A program made the translations under genes and the position numbers. Below, piece after piece: positions 1 to 8,630 of a stretch of DNA of 20,622 bases. The notes under the pieces were generated by a model. The model saw only the letters and a program-made list of their open reading frames with translations. It was not told where the DNA came from and ran no database searches. The stretch is from IMG/VR virus record IMGVR_UViG_3300042934_000107. One strand, given 5' to 3'. Position 1 is the first letter of the stretch, and every line of letters begins with the position of its first letter. The DNA comes from an uncultured virus (IMG/VR IMGVR_UViG_3300042934_000107) (lineage: Duplodnaviria; Heunggongvirae; Uroviricota; Caudoviricetes).

Positions 1-227
1 ACGGCATCATAAAACATAGTATCTACATCTGACACAACGTCAAACTGCGTTACCACGCCAGGGCATACTTGAGGCTGATTAAGTAGCGTACCATACTCCC
101 AATTATCCATTTGGCACACATAGTTGTCTGGTATGCTCTCAGGGTTAGCTATAAGGCATAATCCACCCATAATGTTCTGTAGGCTGATAGTAAACTGTGT
201 AGGGTTTTTAGTGCTTTGTACTGGCAA
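1..227 (-). CDS. Partial (runs off left edge) podovirus tail nozzle/head-stabilisation protein, P22 gp10/T7 gp12-like
   Basis: Not in ORF track. TTG at 227 after AGGGGG RBS; open to the edge: MPVQSTKNPTQFTISLQNIMGGLCLIANPESIPDNYVCQMDNWEYG. The GGL...P..I.DN pattern resembles nozzle N-termini, and the position after the adaptors fits. Confidence 0.55.
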   Translation of the reverse strand, partial: MPVQSTKNPTQFTISLQNIMGGLCLIANPESIPDNYVCQMDNWEYGTLLNQPQVCPGVVTQFDVVSDVDTMFYDA

Positions 228-230
228 TTT

Positions 231-707
231 CTAACCCCCTTTAGCGGAAAATAATACCGTTTCGTCAGATGTAGCAAGTCCGATATCCTGTGCAACATTA
301 GCCTCAAAATCATTGTTAATATGTATCGCTACATAATCTACTATCTCACTGACACAGTAGTCAGGCAATGGGATTACATCCGATATAGCGGTCAATAGAG
401 GCTTAAAGGTGGAATATTTAAATACAACGCTAGGAGGTGCTCCATAAGCTAGTGATATGGTATTCCCAGCACAAATTAATGGGTATGCTGCCTTTTGTGG
501 GATAAACGCAAAGAAGTCGGCAGGTTTGGCAATCGTGCCTGTAATTGTCATTTGCTTTACAACCTCTGGATCATTAACCTTGATTAGTCCGTTATTGATC
601 CTTGCTATTGAGGCGTTAATATGCAGAATCATTACCTCTGGAAAATAATCATCGACATCAAGGTCAAGGCGTTTGGCTACTAGGTTTATAACGTCTGATA
701 CTAACAT
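231..707 (-). CDS. Head-tail adaptor/ring protein (second paralog-like copy)
   Basis: 158 aa; helical N-terminus (MLVSDVINLVAKRL...ILHINASIARI) and C-terminal D..PLPD...IVDYVA pattern typical of adaptor proteins; start overlaps the upstream stop. Confidence 0.55.
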   Translation of the reverse strand: MLVSDVINLVAKRLDLDVDDYFPEVMILHINASIARINNGLIKVNDPEVVKQMTITGTIAKPADFFAFIPQKAAYPLICAGNTISLAYGAPPSVVFKYSTFKPLLTAISDVIPLPDYCVSEIVDYVAIHINNDFEANVAQDIGLATSDETVLFSAKGG

Positions 708-1315
708 TAGTTGTAATCCCTCCCACCATCACAGTCAGAGTAATAACCATTAATAACTGTTACTCCTGTTTCAATACCGCCAAGCAACTTACCAATCGTT
801 GCATTATACTCTGCAACTAAATCAAAACTACCATTTGTTAACATTGCAACAACATATCTAACAAGCAATTGCTCTACGTCTGTTTGGTAACCGCTATCGT
901 CAATATCTTGCATTGTAACGCTTTCAGGGATGTATGTTATCTCATATGAGTATGTTTTATCAGGAATTGGATAAAGTTTTAATGTATTTGTACCTATCAT
1001 GTAATACGCTCTAGGTTCTCCAGTTATCGTCTTATCTTGAATAGCTGTCATAGCAAATTTATTGATCGGCTTTTTATTAACGCGAACATCAATAAGTTTA
1101 ATAGGCTTTTTAACCATGGTAATTGATTCGCCAGCATCTACATTATCCGTAACTTCTTCCGCCAATTGCATCGGCATATTATCAAGGATTGTTTTTCTTA
1201 GAAGTTTATTGCCTTTGTTGTATTGATCCATTAACACGTATGGACTATATACTGTTCCGTCAATGTCTTGTAACTCATACCTCATACTAAGAAGTAATTC
1301 ACCTATGATGCTCAT
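707..1315 (-). CDS. Head-tail adaptor/ring protein (P22 gp4/DUF6682-like)
   Basis: 202 aa; RYELQD...YS...LMDQYN N-terminus and TGEPRAYY...LKLYPIPD.TY...ITY motif; GGAGGTG RBS; follows the capsid genes. Confidence 0.6.
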   Translation of the reverse strand: MSIIGELLLSMRYELQDIDGTVYSPYVLMDQYNKGNKLLRKTILDNMPMQLAEEVTDNVDAGESITMVKKPIKLIDVRVNKKPINKFAMTAIQDKTITGEPRAYYMIGTNTLKLYPIPDKTYSYEITYIPESVTMQDIDDSGYQTDVEQLLVRYVVAMLTNGSFDLVAEYNATIGKLLGGIETGVTVINGYYSDCDGGRDYN

Positions 1316-1330
1316 TTCTCACCTCCATAT

Positions 1331-1354
1331 AAAGAAAAGGAGGGTTTCCCCTCC
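1331..1354 (-). terminator. Intrinsic terminator after capsid/decoration genes
   Basis: Minus strand GGAGGG-GAAA-CCCTCC followed by TTTTCTTT. Confidence 0.85.
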
Positions 1355-1359
1355 GTTAA

Positions 1360-1827
1360 TCAAGTCGTGAATGTCAATACACAAGTTGTTGCGCTAATAG
1401 CTACGTTTAACAAACCTTGCTGTGCTACTGCTGTAGCTGTAAGTGTCGCTGTTTCCGCATTAAGCCAAGCAGCTGCATTGCCTGACAATGTTACAGTTAA
1501 CGCACCGTCTGTCATGTAATGCGCTCCTGCTGCTGGTGAAATTGCTGCTGTACCTGCTGTTGATGTGTCAGCAACTGCCAAAGTTACAGGACCAGAATAC
1601 CATTTATGACGTTCTCCGTCTGCTGTTTCCAAGCTAACAACAACCGATTGGCTCCACGCTGCTGACGTTGGTGCAGGCGTTGCAGTTGCTGGTGTTACTT
1701 TTAATACAATGTCACCAGATAATGCTTTCATAAACGCTTTCATATCTGCAATAGTTCCAGTCATTCCACCAGTACACATGTCAGTTCTAAGTTGTTCCAT
1801 TCCTGGATTATACGTTACTCCTGCCAT
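1360..1827 (-). CDS. Putative capsid decoration/auxiliary protein (Ala/Thr-rich, beta/Ig-like)
   Basis: 155 aa; translationally coupled to the capsid gene (TAATG overlap) and lies before the same terminator. Confidence 0.5.
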   Translation of the reverse strand: MAGVTYNPGMEQLRTDMCTGGMTGTIADMKAFMKALSGDIVLKVTPATATPAPTSAAWSQSVVVSLETADGERHKWYSGPVTLAVADTSTAGTAAISPAAGAHYMTDGALTVTLSGNAAAWLNAETATLTATAVAQQGLLNVAISATTCVLTFTT

Positions 1828-2801
1828 TAGTCTGCTGCACCACCAGTCATAACCTGAATAATTCCATAGTCTTTGGAATTATAAACAGATTTCTTAATAC
1901 CGTTCCAGAATGCAATACCTTGTCCTAATACGTTGCCGTAATCAGTTGACTCTTTGATTGGTGTCATTTCTTTAGCTACTGCATAGCAAGCAGCCTGTTT
2001 CCCAAGCAACAAGTTATGAGAAACTAATGCACTAGATGCACCTGTAGCAGTTACGCTAACACGTTCCCACTCGTAAATAACTACTCCATCCCAAATGCCA
2101 AGCATACCGCTGAAAATAGGATTGTCTTTGCCGTCACGGACGTTTGCTTGTTGCTGTGCTGCAATCCATACAGAGTCAGTACGTAAGTCTCTAGCAGCTT
2201 CTAAAGATACTAACATACAATAGTATTCGCCACCGTCAATTTTGAAAGGCATAACTTTAGGAGCATGTTTCTTAGCTCTACGTTTTGCTTTAGAAATTAA
2301 AGTAGTAGTTAATTTGTCAGATGCAGTTATAGCAACCTCAGTGCCAGCAGCGGCAGCACTCATCCATTCGCCAGCAGTTGATGTGCCAGTAGGAGAAGCT
2401 GTCAACTTGGAAATCAAGGTTTTATCCTGCCAGTTCCCAAACCATGTTACAAGGCTGTCTTTAATCTCAGGCCATTGCTCGTACACTGGTTTTTGAGTAT
2501 CCCATTCAGTACTAGATACCGCTTGTCTTGTTTGGTCGATTTCTACCGTGAAGTCATAGACAACCAACGCTTCTTCACTGCCAAGCAAGGTGTTATTACC
2601 TGTTACTCCATCACCAACCAATTCCATTTTTAAAGGGAATGTGATGCTTAACCCCTTCTTGCCTACCAACTCGCTATTCTTATGAACTGGCAAGCTACCG
2701 TCTTTAGCAGTAAGTTTGTTAAACCAAGAAGCGGTTTGACCTTCTTTATTTACTTTAGACACCCATAGTTTAGGTATTAACGCTGTATTAATTGTATTCA
2801 T
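1827..2801 (-). CDS. Major capsid protein, N4-gp56/DUF4043-like (HK97 fold)
   Basis: 324 aa; GDGVTGNNTLLGSEEAL, IDQTRQAV, NPIFSGMLGIWDGVVIYE, LLLGKQA and KDYGIIQV motifs; follows the scaffold. Confidence 0.85.
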   Translation of the reverse strand: MNTINTALIPKLWVSKVNKEGQTASWFNKLTAKDGSLPVHKNSELVGKKGLSITFPLKMELVGDGVTGNNTLLGSEEALVVYDFTVEIDQTRQAVSSTEWDTQKPVYEQWPEIKDSLVTWFGNWQDKTLISKLTASPTGTSTAGEWMSAAAAGTEVAITASDKLTTTLISKAKRRAKKHAPKVMPFKIDGGEYYCMLVSLEAARDLRTDSVWIAAQQQANVRDGKDNPIFSGMLGIWDGVVIYEWERVSVTATGASSALVSHNLLLGKQAACYAVAKEMTPIKESTDYGNVLGQGIAFWNGIKKSVYNSKDYGIIQVMTGGAAD

Positions 2802-2815
2802 TCATTTCTCTCCTC

Positions 2816-3811
2816 TTATTCTAATAATCTTTTATCAATTTGAGCTAACATATCTTTCGGTATCTGGTCGATATCGCCAGAACGGATTAAACCTTCAACT
2901 TGCGCCCAACTCATTGCAGAAGTCTTTGAACCACTTAAATTTTGCGACCTAGGCAATCCTGCTGCTTTATCCAGCGGTGACGTTGTAGGTGCAACTGTGG
3001 CTGTTGTATTTGGTTCTGTATTTGTTGTTTGATTTGTGCTATTCATTTTTGCTCTGCATTCAGCAGCAAACGACTTTACCGTTTCAATATCATCTTTACT
3101 ACCCGTGCCACGATCAATATTGTTAAACGCTTGTTCAATCACTCTTGCTCGTTTTCCAGGCAATTCATCCAGCTCTGCAATTGCAAACTGATACAAAACA
3201 GGGAAATCTTGCTGCGTTTTTAATTCATTGGCAAAGCTGATATTTTGCTGATAAACTTGTGCTTGTTCTTCGTATTGACGCTCTAGTTTAAGTTCTTCTT
3301 TGGCTGTTTCTTTAAGATAATCCCTATATAGTTTAGGGTTATCTATCTGCCAGCCGTAATCATCAATGTCAACGCTGTTTTCAAGTTTTAACTTTTCTCT
3401 TGCTTTGCTATCTGCCATTTTAGCAATCTGTTCTTCAACATTAACTTGTTGTTGAGGTTGCTGTACTGGTGTAGGTTGTTGATTTGGTTGCGGTGTAGGT
3501 TGTGCGTACTGTGCTTTTAATGCTGCAAGTTCCGCAGCCATTATTTTGTTCTTTTCATTTACTTCTTTGAACCTATCATAAGGGACATGTTTACTGACTC
3601 CATCAGCAGGATTGTTTTGATCTATGGTAATAACGTCACCATCAACGGGTAAATCTTGCTGTGGATCAATTACGGTAGGCTCAGCAGGCTCCGGCGTTGC
3701 TACTATTGGTTCTTGCGCTGGCTCTTGTTGTGTGGAAAACCCTTGCAAATCTTCATCTGTAAAACCTTGTTGTTTTAACGTGTCAACACTCACGGTGTTA
3801 ATATCATCCAT
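2816..3811 (-). CDS. Capsid scaffolding protein
   Basis: Acidic, P/Q-rich, with VPYDRFKEVNE motif and coiled coil; between portal and capsid. ATG at 3811 lies 8 nt after GGAG and is preferred over TTG at 3817. Confidence 0.75.
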   Translation of the reverse strand: MDDINTVSVDTLKQQGFTDEDLQGFSTQQEPAQEPIVATPEPAEPTVIDPQQDLPVDGDVITIDQNNPADGVSKHVPYDRFKEVNEKNKIMAAELAALKAQYAQPTPQPNQQPTPVQQPQQQVNVEEQIAKMADSKAREKLKLENSVDIDDYGWQIDNPKLYRDYLKETAKEELKLERQYEEQAQVYQQNISFANELKTQQDFPVLYQFAIAELDELPGKRARVIEQAFNNIDRGTGSKDDIETVKSFAAECRAKMNSTNQTTNTEPNTTATVAPTTSPLDKAAGLPRSQNLSGSKTSAMSWAQVEGLIRSGDIDQIPKDMLAQIDKRLLE

Positions 3812-3819
3812 TGTCAAAA

Positions 3820-3878
3820 CTCCTTTTTACGTCACATGGACGAAGTTTATTATGTTGCTTTTAACGTCTGTGCTGACG
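3820..3878 (-). promoter_or_regulatory. Twin CGTC-N5/6-GACG-T(T)AAAA hairpins abutting the scaffold RBS (candidate translational operator)
   Basis: Minus strand CGTC-AGCACA-GACG-TTAAAAG (3865-3878) and CGTC-CATGT-GACG-TAAAAAGGAG (3830-3842). Confidence 0.55.
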
Positions 3879-3885
3879 ATTGTAT

Positions 3886-3914
3886 AATAAAAAGCGACTA
3901 CCGTAGTAATCGCT
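3886..3914 (-). terminator. Terminator/attenuator-like hairpin upstream of scaffold
   Basis: Minus strand AGCGATTAC-TACG-GTAGTCGCT then TTTTATT. Confidence 0.65.
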
Positions 3915-3989
3915 CAGTAACACATATAATGTAGTTGTCACCTCCCTAGTGTTCGAGGGGGTTAGCCTCGGAGTGAGTCGATCACCTCC

Positions 3990-4163
3990 TTAACTATTTA
4001 TTGATTTACTAATAGTTTCAAGGTTGTTGGTTACTTCATTAACAAGCATTAATCTTTGGCTGTAATGAATTTCTTTTGTTTCGCTCAACAATAATAAATT
4101 AGCTTTTATTGTTTTTTCAACTAACACTCTAAAATCTTCTTCTATTTCTTTGCCGACATGCAT
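3990..4163 (-). CDS. Hypothetical 57-aa protein
   Basis: Below the ORF-track cutoff; AAAGGAG RBS; MHVGKEIEEDFRVLVEK...SKSINS. Confidence 0.6.
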   Translation of the reverse strand: MHVGKEIEEDFRVLVEKTIKANLLLLSETKEIHYSQRLMLVNEVTNNLETISKSINS

Positions 4164-4176
4164 TTAAATATCTCCT

Positions 4177-6174
4177 TTACATAGAAATACCGCCATTACT
4201 AGGCGGTTGTTTTGGTGGATTCTTCATTTGATATTGTTGAATTAAGCTCTCAGGTGTAACTTGAACGCCTATAGCTGCCATTGCTGCAATTTGTCCCTCT
4301 ATTGGCAAGTCCTTAAATGGTACTGACATATTAACGCTAGGAGGTTCAATTTGTGAAGCGTTTGCAGCTTGTTCCTGCATTTTCTTTTTGAGCTCTTGCT
4401 TATTGCCTATTTGCATAAACTCTAGTAACATATCAGGCGGTACAGGAATTCCGGCTTGCTTAGCAGCTATCAATTGTTCGAGATTAGCAGCCATTAATGT
4501 TGGAGTTGATTGGCTAGGTACAACAACAATATCAAATTCAAACTTACTAAGGTCGTATAGCACTCTGTGTATTAACTGCCCTTGCTCATCTACCTGCGGT
4601 TGTCCAGTCATCGGATCAATTACAGGCTGCTTAACTTGTGCTTGTGGTAATCCATTAGCTAGTTGTATGAACTTGTTTTCTCCACCATCACCAGTAATAC
4701 GCATTACCATTTCTTCAGTAAAGTATTGCGGTATGAGTCCAGGTCTACCTTTATCACCCCATAGCAAGTCCAGAATCAGCCTCTCAGAGTAATTTGCCTC
4801 GTCTGCTAAGTCAGATACTTGTGTGAATGTTGCTCGCTGCCTACGGTCAATTGCAACGCCACTCATTTGACTAGGTGCATCAGCATTGCCCATTGTCTCA
4901 GGGTTTATTCCACTTATTGTATAGAAGTCTTCACCGCTTACTCTTTCCATTTCAACGTTAGCAGTTGACACACCATCAGGAGTAATCCGTTCAACTTTAG
5001 TAACCCCAGGAGGAACGTTCAATTTTGTGCCTGGAGTAGTACCAAATGCTTTTAACTGTGCATCAAACTCAGGTGTGCTAGTTCCGTATACTAACCATAT
5101 GCCATTCGCTTGCGTGTTGATGATATGCATACGTTGTGAACGATGCTTATTAACCTCACGCTGTACGTCTTTCAAGTCTCTAATCAGTCCAGCAGGCTCT
5201 AGCGTACTGTCGTTTTCATCGCGCTCACCAGTATAATAGGCAAACTCTTGCACTAATGGAAAGCGTTTATGCTTGTAAGGACTGTCATTCTCTTCAAATA
5301 ACACATCATCACAGAAAGTCATGTATCTGTATTTGCATTCAGGTATGCGATGTTTTTTAATACCCGGTATTTTCATGCGGTACATTGCTGCAATTTCTTC
5401 ATTTTCATCTATTGTTGCAGGATCACCATCTATTTGATACACGTTACGATAACTACGCTCTTTATACCAGTACTGAACAACTCTAACCTTCTTCAATTGC
5501 TTGCTGTACCATACAGGTTCATTAGCTACCATATCGACAGCAACTTCTTCTGCATCGTATTTATGCCATAGTCCATTGATCTCTGTTTCTGACTCAGGAT
5601 ATATCTGTTTTAATTCGTCAGGCGATTCCCAGCTATACACACCAACATATTCTGCATCAGACAAGTCTTCTTGTATGGACTCAGGATCAACAAACACCTC
5701 AAAAGGTGAACGCCTTTCAATTTTAATCGTGCCATCCATTTTATCATAATCAAAATCATAGAATACCCAGTAATAACCCTTGCCACAGATTAACCTATCT
5801 CTGCCTACTTTTTTCTTGTGACGAGAAAACATACACTTATCATACACATACTTGTTAACACCTTTAGCAATGTTACATATCTCATCATCATCCTCAGTAC
5901 GTGGCATAAAGTTAGGCTCTGACATGTTCTGACCAAAGTAACCTGATACTTGATTGATCATCGGTCTGCAACGATTGATAGTGATTGCAGGGCGTTTCTG
6001 TTTCTGCATTGCCTGCACGTCTTTATCATCCCATTGCTTACCCTGTACAAAGCGGAAGTCTTCCCTTGCTTCTTTACGCCAATCAACTGTTGCTTCTAAT
6101 GCTAACCTTACGTTTGATCTAGCCTTTACAACCTTGCCTGTATCTGTTGGTTGGTCTTTTATTGCATCTTCCAA
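4177..6174 (-). CDS. Portal protein, P22 gp1-like
   Basis: 665 aa; WRKEAREDFRFVQGKQW, RPAITINR, GLIRDLKDVQREVNK and SGVAIDRRQ motifs; TTG start with GGAGGTG RBS. Confidence 0.9.
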   Translation of the reverse strand: MEDAIKDQPTDTGKVVKARSNVRLALEATVDWRKEAREDFRFVQGKQWDDKDVQAMQKQKRPAITINRCRPMINQVSGYFGQNMSEPNFMPRTEDDDEICNIAKGVNKYVYDKCMFSRHKKKVGRDRLICGKGYYWVFYDFDYDKMDGTIKIERRSPFEVFVDPESIQEDLSDAEYVGVYSWESPDELKQIYPESETEINGLWHKYDAEEVAVDMVANEPVWYSKQLKKVRVVQYWYKERSYRNVYQIDGDPATIDENEEIAAMYRMKIPGIKKHRIPECKYRYMTFCDDVLFEENDSPYKHKRFPLVQEFAYYTGERDENDSTLEPAGLIRDLKDVQREVNKHRSQRMHIINTQANGIWLVYGTSTPEFDAQLKAFGTTPGTKLNVPPGVTKVERITPDGVSTANVEMERVSGEDFYTISGINPETMGNADAPSQMSGVAIDRRQRATFTQVSDLADEANYSERLILDLLWGDKGRPGLIPQYFTEEMVMRITGDGGENKFIQLANGLPQAQVKQPVIDPMTGQPQVDEQGQLIHRVLYDLSKFEFDIVVVPSQSTPTLMAANLEQLIAAKQAGIPVPPDMLLEFMQIGNKQELKKKMQEQAANASQIEPPSVNMSVPFKDLPIEGQIAAMAAIGVQVTPESLIQQYQMKNPPKQPPSNGGISM

Positions 6175-6186
6175 TGTATCACCTCC

Positions 6187-6402
6187 TTAGTCGAGATTAT
6201 TCTTTAAAAACTGGTAATTTGCGTAAATATCCTCATCTCTCTTATCGCTTAAAAATTCATCAGTAAACTTCCACGATAAATTGTGTTGATCCCCACAAAA
6301 CTCCATATATTTTAACTTTGTAAATTCTTCGCATAATTCTATTGGTAAATGAAGGTTGTTAAGCAATATTATTAATTCTTCCCTGCTTATATCAATTAAC
6401 AT
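6187..6402 (-). CDS. Hypothetical protein
   Basis: 71 aa; abuts neighbouring genes in the late operon. Confidence 0.55.
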   Translation of the reverse strand: MLIDISREELIILLNNLHLPIELCEEFTKLKYMEFCGDQHNLSWKFTDEFLSDKRDEDIYANYQFLKNNLD

Positions 6403-6597
6403 CTATAACACCATCCCAGTCCTAAAGAACATTCCATATATCTGAGTTAATTGATCACTTGTTAATTGATTGCAAAAAAAATCGATCTCTGTATCAGTTG
6501 TACCGACACTAAGATCGTCTTTACTATTCATTAATACTCTACGTGCGTAATCGCGTAGTGCTTTATCTGATACGTTGGGGCTAGTTGATGGCGCCAT
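6403..6597 (-). CDS. Hypothetical protein
   Basis: AGAGGTG RBS favours ATG at 6597 (MAPSTSPNVSDKALRDYA). Confidence 0.6.
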   Translation of the reverse strand: MAPSTSPNVSDKALRDYARRVLMNSKDDLSVGTTDTEIDFFCNQLTSDQLTQIYGMFFRTGMVL

Positions 6598-6835
6598 CGT
6601 CAATGCACCTCTTTGCTCTATTTATTTCTAATTCAATATCATCAGCATTGTTATAAGCTTTAAATTCGTTGCAATATAAGCCATCTTTAGATATTACTAT
6701 CCTTGCTTCTTCTTCGGTTCTTTCTACATGAATAACAAATCCTTTGTATACTTGCTCTATTTTAATAGGTTCTTCTTCATTTAATTCTATTTCTTTCTTA
6801 ATAACTGGCTTATTTACTACTCTAGGTCTAGCCAT
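6581..6835 (-). CDS. Hypothetical protein
   Basis: 84 aa; AAGGAG RBS directly after terL. Confidence 0.65.
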   Translation of the reverse strand: MARPRVVNKPVIKKEIELNEEEPIKIEQVYKGFVIHVERTEEEARIVISKDGLYCNEFKAYNNADDIELEINRAKRCIDDGAIN

Positions 6836-6851
6836 TGATCAACACACTCCT

Positions 6852-8153
6852 TTATCCTGCCATCCATGATTCACTATCATCATCTTCTCTTTCGTAGCCA
6901 TTGTAGTCTTTAGGCTTCTTCTTCTCTTCTTGTTGTTCACGCCAGTAAACCATTTCCAATTCATTAGCGTAGCGAATTGCATCTATCAAATGGTTGTTTC
7001 GGTCTACTGGTTTGCGAAGCATGTCGCCCTGCTTGTTCTCTTCCCATTTGTAACTACTAAACTCATTCTTTGCATTCTGACAACCTATATCAATAATAAT
7101 CTCTTGCTGTTGTAACCACTGTATTCCATAGTTAACGCTGTCCTTGCCTTTAATTGCTTCTACTGTAGCAATACCTCTTTGCGCTAACTCTACGATACTC
7201 TTAGGCTCTGCGCTATCACAACGAATATGTTCCTTGCCTATCATAGGCTTTAACTCTTTTGCTAGATCGTCATTAGTTAATCCGCGCTCATATAGTTCAT
7301 CTAATATATATAGTTTGCTTTTCTTTCTATCGTAATGCGTTCTAACACCAGCAGCAGGGTCACTACTAAAACCAAAATCAAGACCATTGTTAAACGATGT
7401 GAATGTCTTTCGGATCTCGGTAAGATCTTGCATCTTCCAGTTCTTAAAGATAACACCGCCAACTGTTCCCCAATTGCCTAATGAATACACATTGTAATAA
7501 TACTCGTCCTTCTCGTTCTCTAACTTGTCGATATCATCAGCAGTAAGAAAGTGATTATCTTTGTATGTACTTTTTAATATTGAAAGATTATTGCTTTTAT
7601 AATGTTGTTGACCTTCAATCCATCCACCAAAGTAATTAGTGTATATCCAATGTGTTTGTAGTATTGGGTTGAAACTATCAATCATGCGCTTCTTAACTCT
7701 AGAACGTCCTCTAAGACGTTTCTCTAGCTGTTTATGATCGTTATAATCGCACTCGGTAGCTTCTTCCTTCCATATATCAGTCAACACTTCTTTAGCTGGG
7801 GTAATTGATTTAATCTTTTCAACATCATCAAGACCAGCAAATAGTATCTGATATCCATTAAAGCAAGTTATAATCATGTCAGATTCGTTTATTTTAAAGT
7901 ATTTATTAAGCTTAAAGAACGATATCGCTTTTTTTACCTCATTGAATACCGACCCTCTTAATGTCCTAGCCACCTTGCGAGTGATAAGGTAGTTGTGCCC
8001 TCCTTTTACAACATCTAACACGCAACGTTGCGCCAGGAAGTATGATTTGCCACTAGACGAACCACCGAAGAATATCTGATGATAAGTATCATCATTAAGG
8101 AAAGGACGATACACCGGATTGAACACTTTGCTGCTAATGTTGAGGTTAATCAT
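6852..8153 (-). CDS. terL: Terminase large subunit, PBSX (XtmB) family
   Basis: Walker A GGSSSGKS, GLDDVEKIKS, WKEEATE, SFNP, GLDFGFSSDP, CDSAEPKSI and NHLIDAIRYA motifs. Confidence 0.95.
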   Translation of the reverse strand: MINLNISSKVFNPVYRPFLNDDTYHQIFFGGSSSGKSYFLAQRCVLDVVKGGHNYLITRKVARTLRGSVFNEVKKAISFFKLNKYFKINESDMIITCFNGYQILFAGLDDVEKIKSITPAKEVLTDIWKEEATECDYNDHKQLEKRLRGRSRVKKRMIDSFNPILQTHWIYTNYFGGWIEGQQHYKSNNLSILKSTYKDNHFLTADDIDKLENEKDEYYYNVYSLGNWGTVGGVIFKNWKMQDLTEIRKTFTSFNNGLDFGFSSDPAAGVRTHYDRKKSKLYILDELYERGLTNDDLAKELKPMIGKEHIRCDSAEPKSIVELAQRGIATVEAIKGKDSVNYGIQWLQQQEIIIDIGCQNAKNEFSSYKWEENKQGDMLRKPVDRNNHLIDAIRYANELEMVYWREQQEEKKKPKDYNGYEREDDDSESWMAG

Positions 8154-8368
8154 TTTTTATTTCTCATGTATCTAGCCATATTGCATTGACAACCATCGTC
8201 GTTAATCAGCATATGTCCACTACTATGTATTCTTTCGATCAATAACTTTTCTTTTAATTCTTCTATAATTTTATCTTGTATCTTTATTAAATCATTTGCA
8301 CTTGATAACGCCTTATGAGCATTAATAGTTGTGTCAATATAAGGTTTATGCAAATTAAAACAAAACAT
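8150..8368 (-). CDS. Hypothetical protein
   Basis: 72 aa; GGTGA RBS; ATGA overlap with terL. Confidence 0.6.
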   Translation of the reverse strand: MFCFNLHKPYIDTTINAHKALSSANDLIKIQDKIIEELKEKLLIERIHSSGHMLINDDGCQCNMARYMRNKK

Positions 8369-8401
8369 TTTATCACCAACTTTTACCTAATATTTGCCGT
8401 T

Positions 8402-8575
8402 TCAATACCCGAAAGGAGGAAAATTCCTGTTCGCTCTGCCCTTTGCGATCGCAGCCAAAGCAACAATTGCATCTTTAATATCTTGACCGTCACATTCTTC
8501 CGACTTAATTGTTTGTATAATTAAGTCGGATAAATCACTTACTCTACTCATTGGAGTAAATATAATTTTATCCAC
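8402..8575 (-). CDS. Hypothetical 57-aa protein
   Basis: AAGGATGTG RBS favours GTG at 8575 (MDKIIFTPMS) over ATG at 8608. Confidence 0.55.
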   Translation of the reverse strand: MDKIIFTPMSRVSDLSDLIIQTIKSEECDGQDIKDAIVALAAIAKGRANRNFPPFGY

Positions 8576-8630
8576 ACGAACCACATCCTTTTTCCTAATA
8601 TTTACCATCTCAATCTACGATAACTTCAGT

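Noticed and set aside
1815..1850. Programmed frameshift fusing capsid to the decoration protein
   Set aside because: No slippery heptamer before the stop; the TAATG overlap with a GGTGG SD indicates translational coupling.
3440..3730. Low-complexity repeats in the scaffold gene
   Set aside because: They encode ordinary Gln/Pro-rich linkers, not a DNA-level element.
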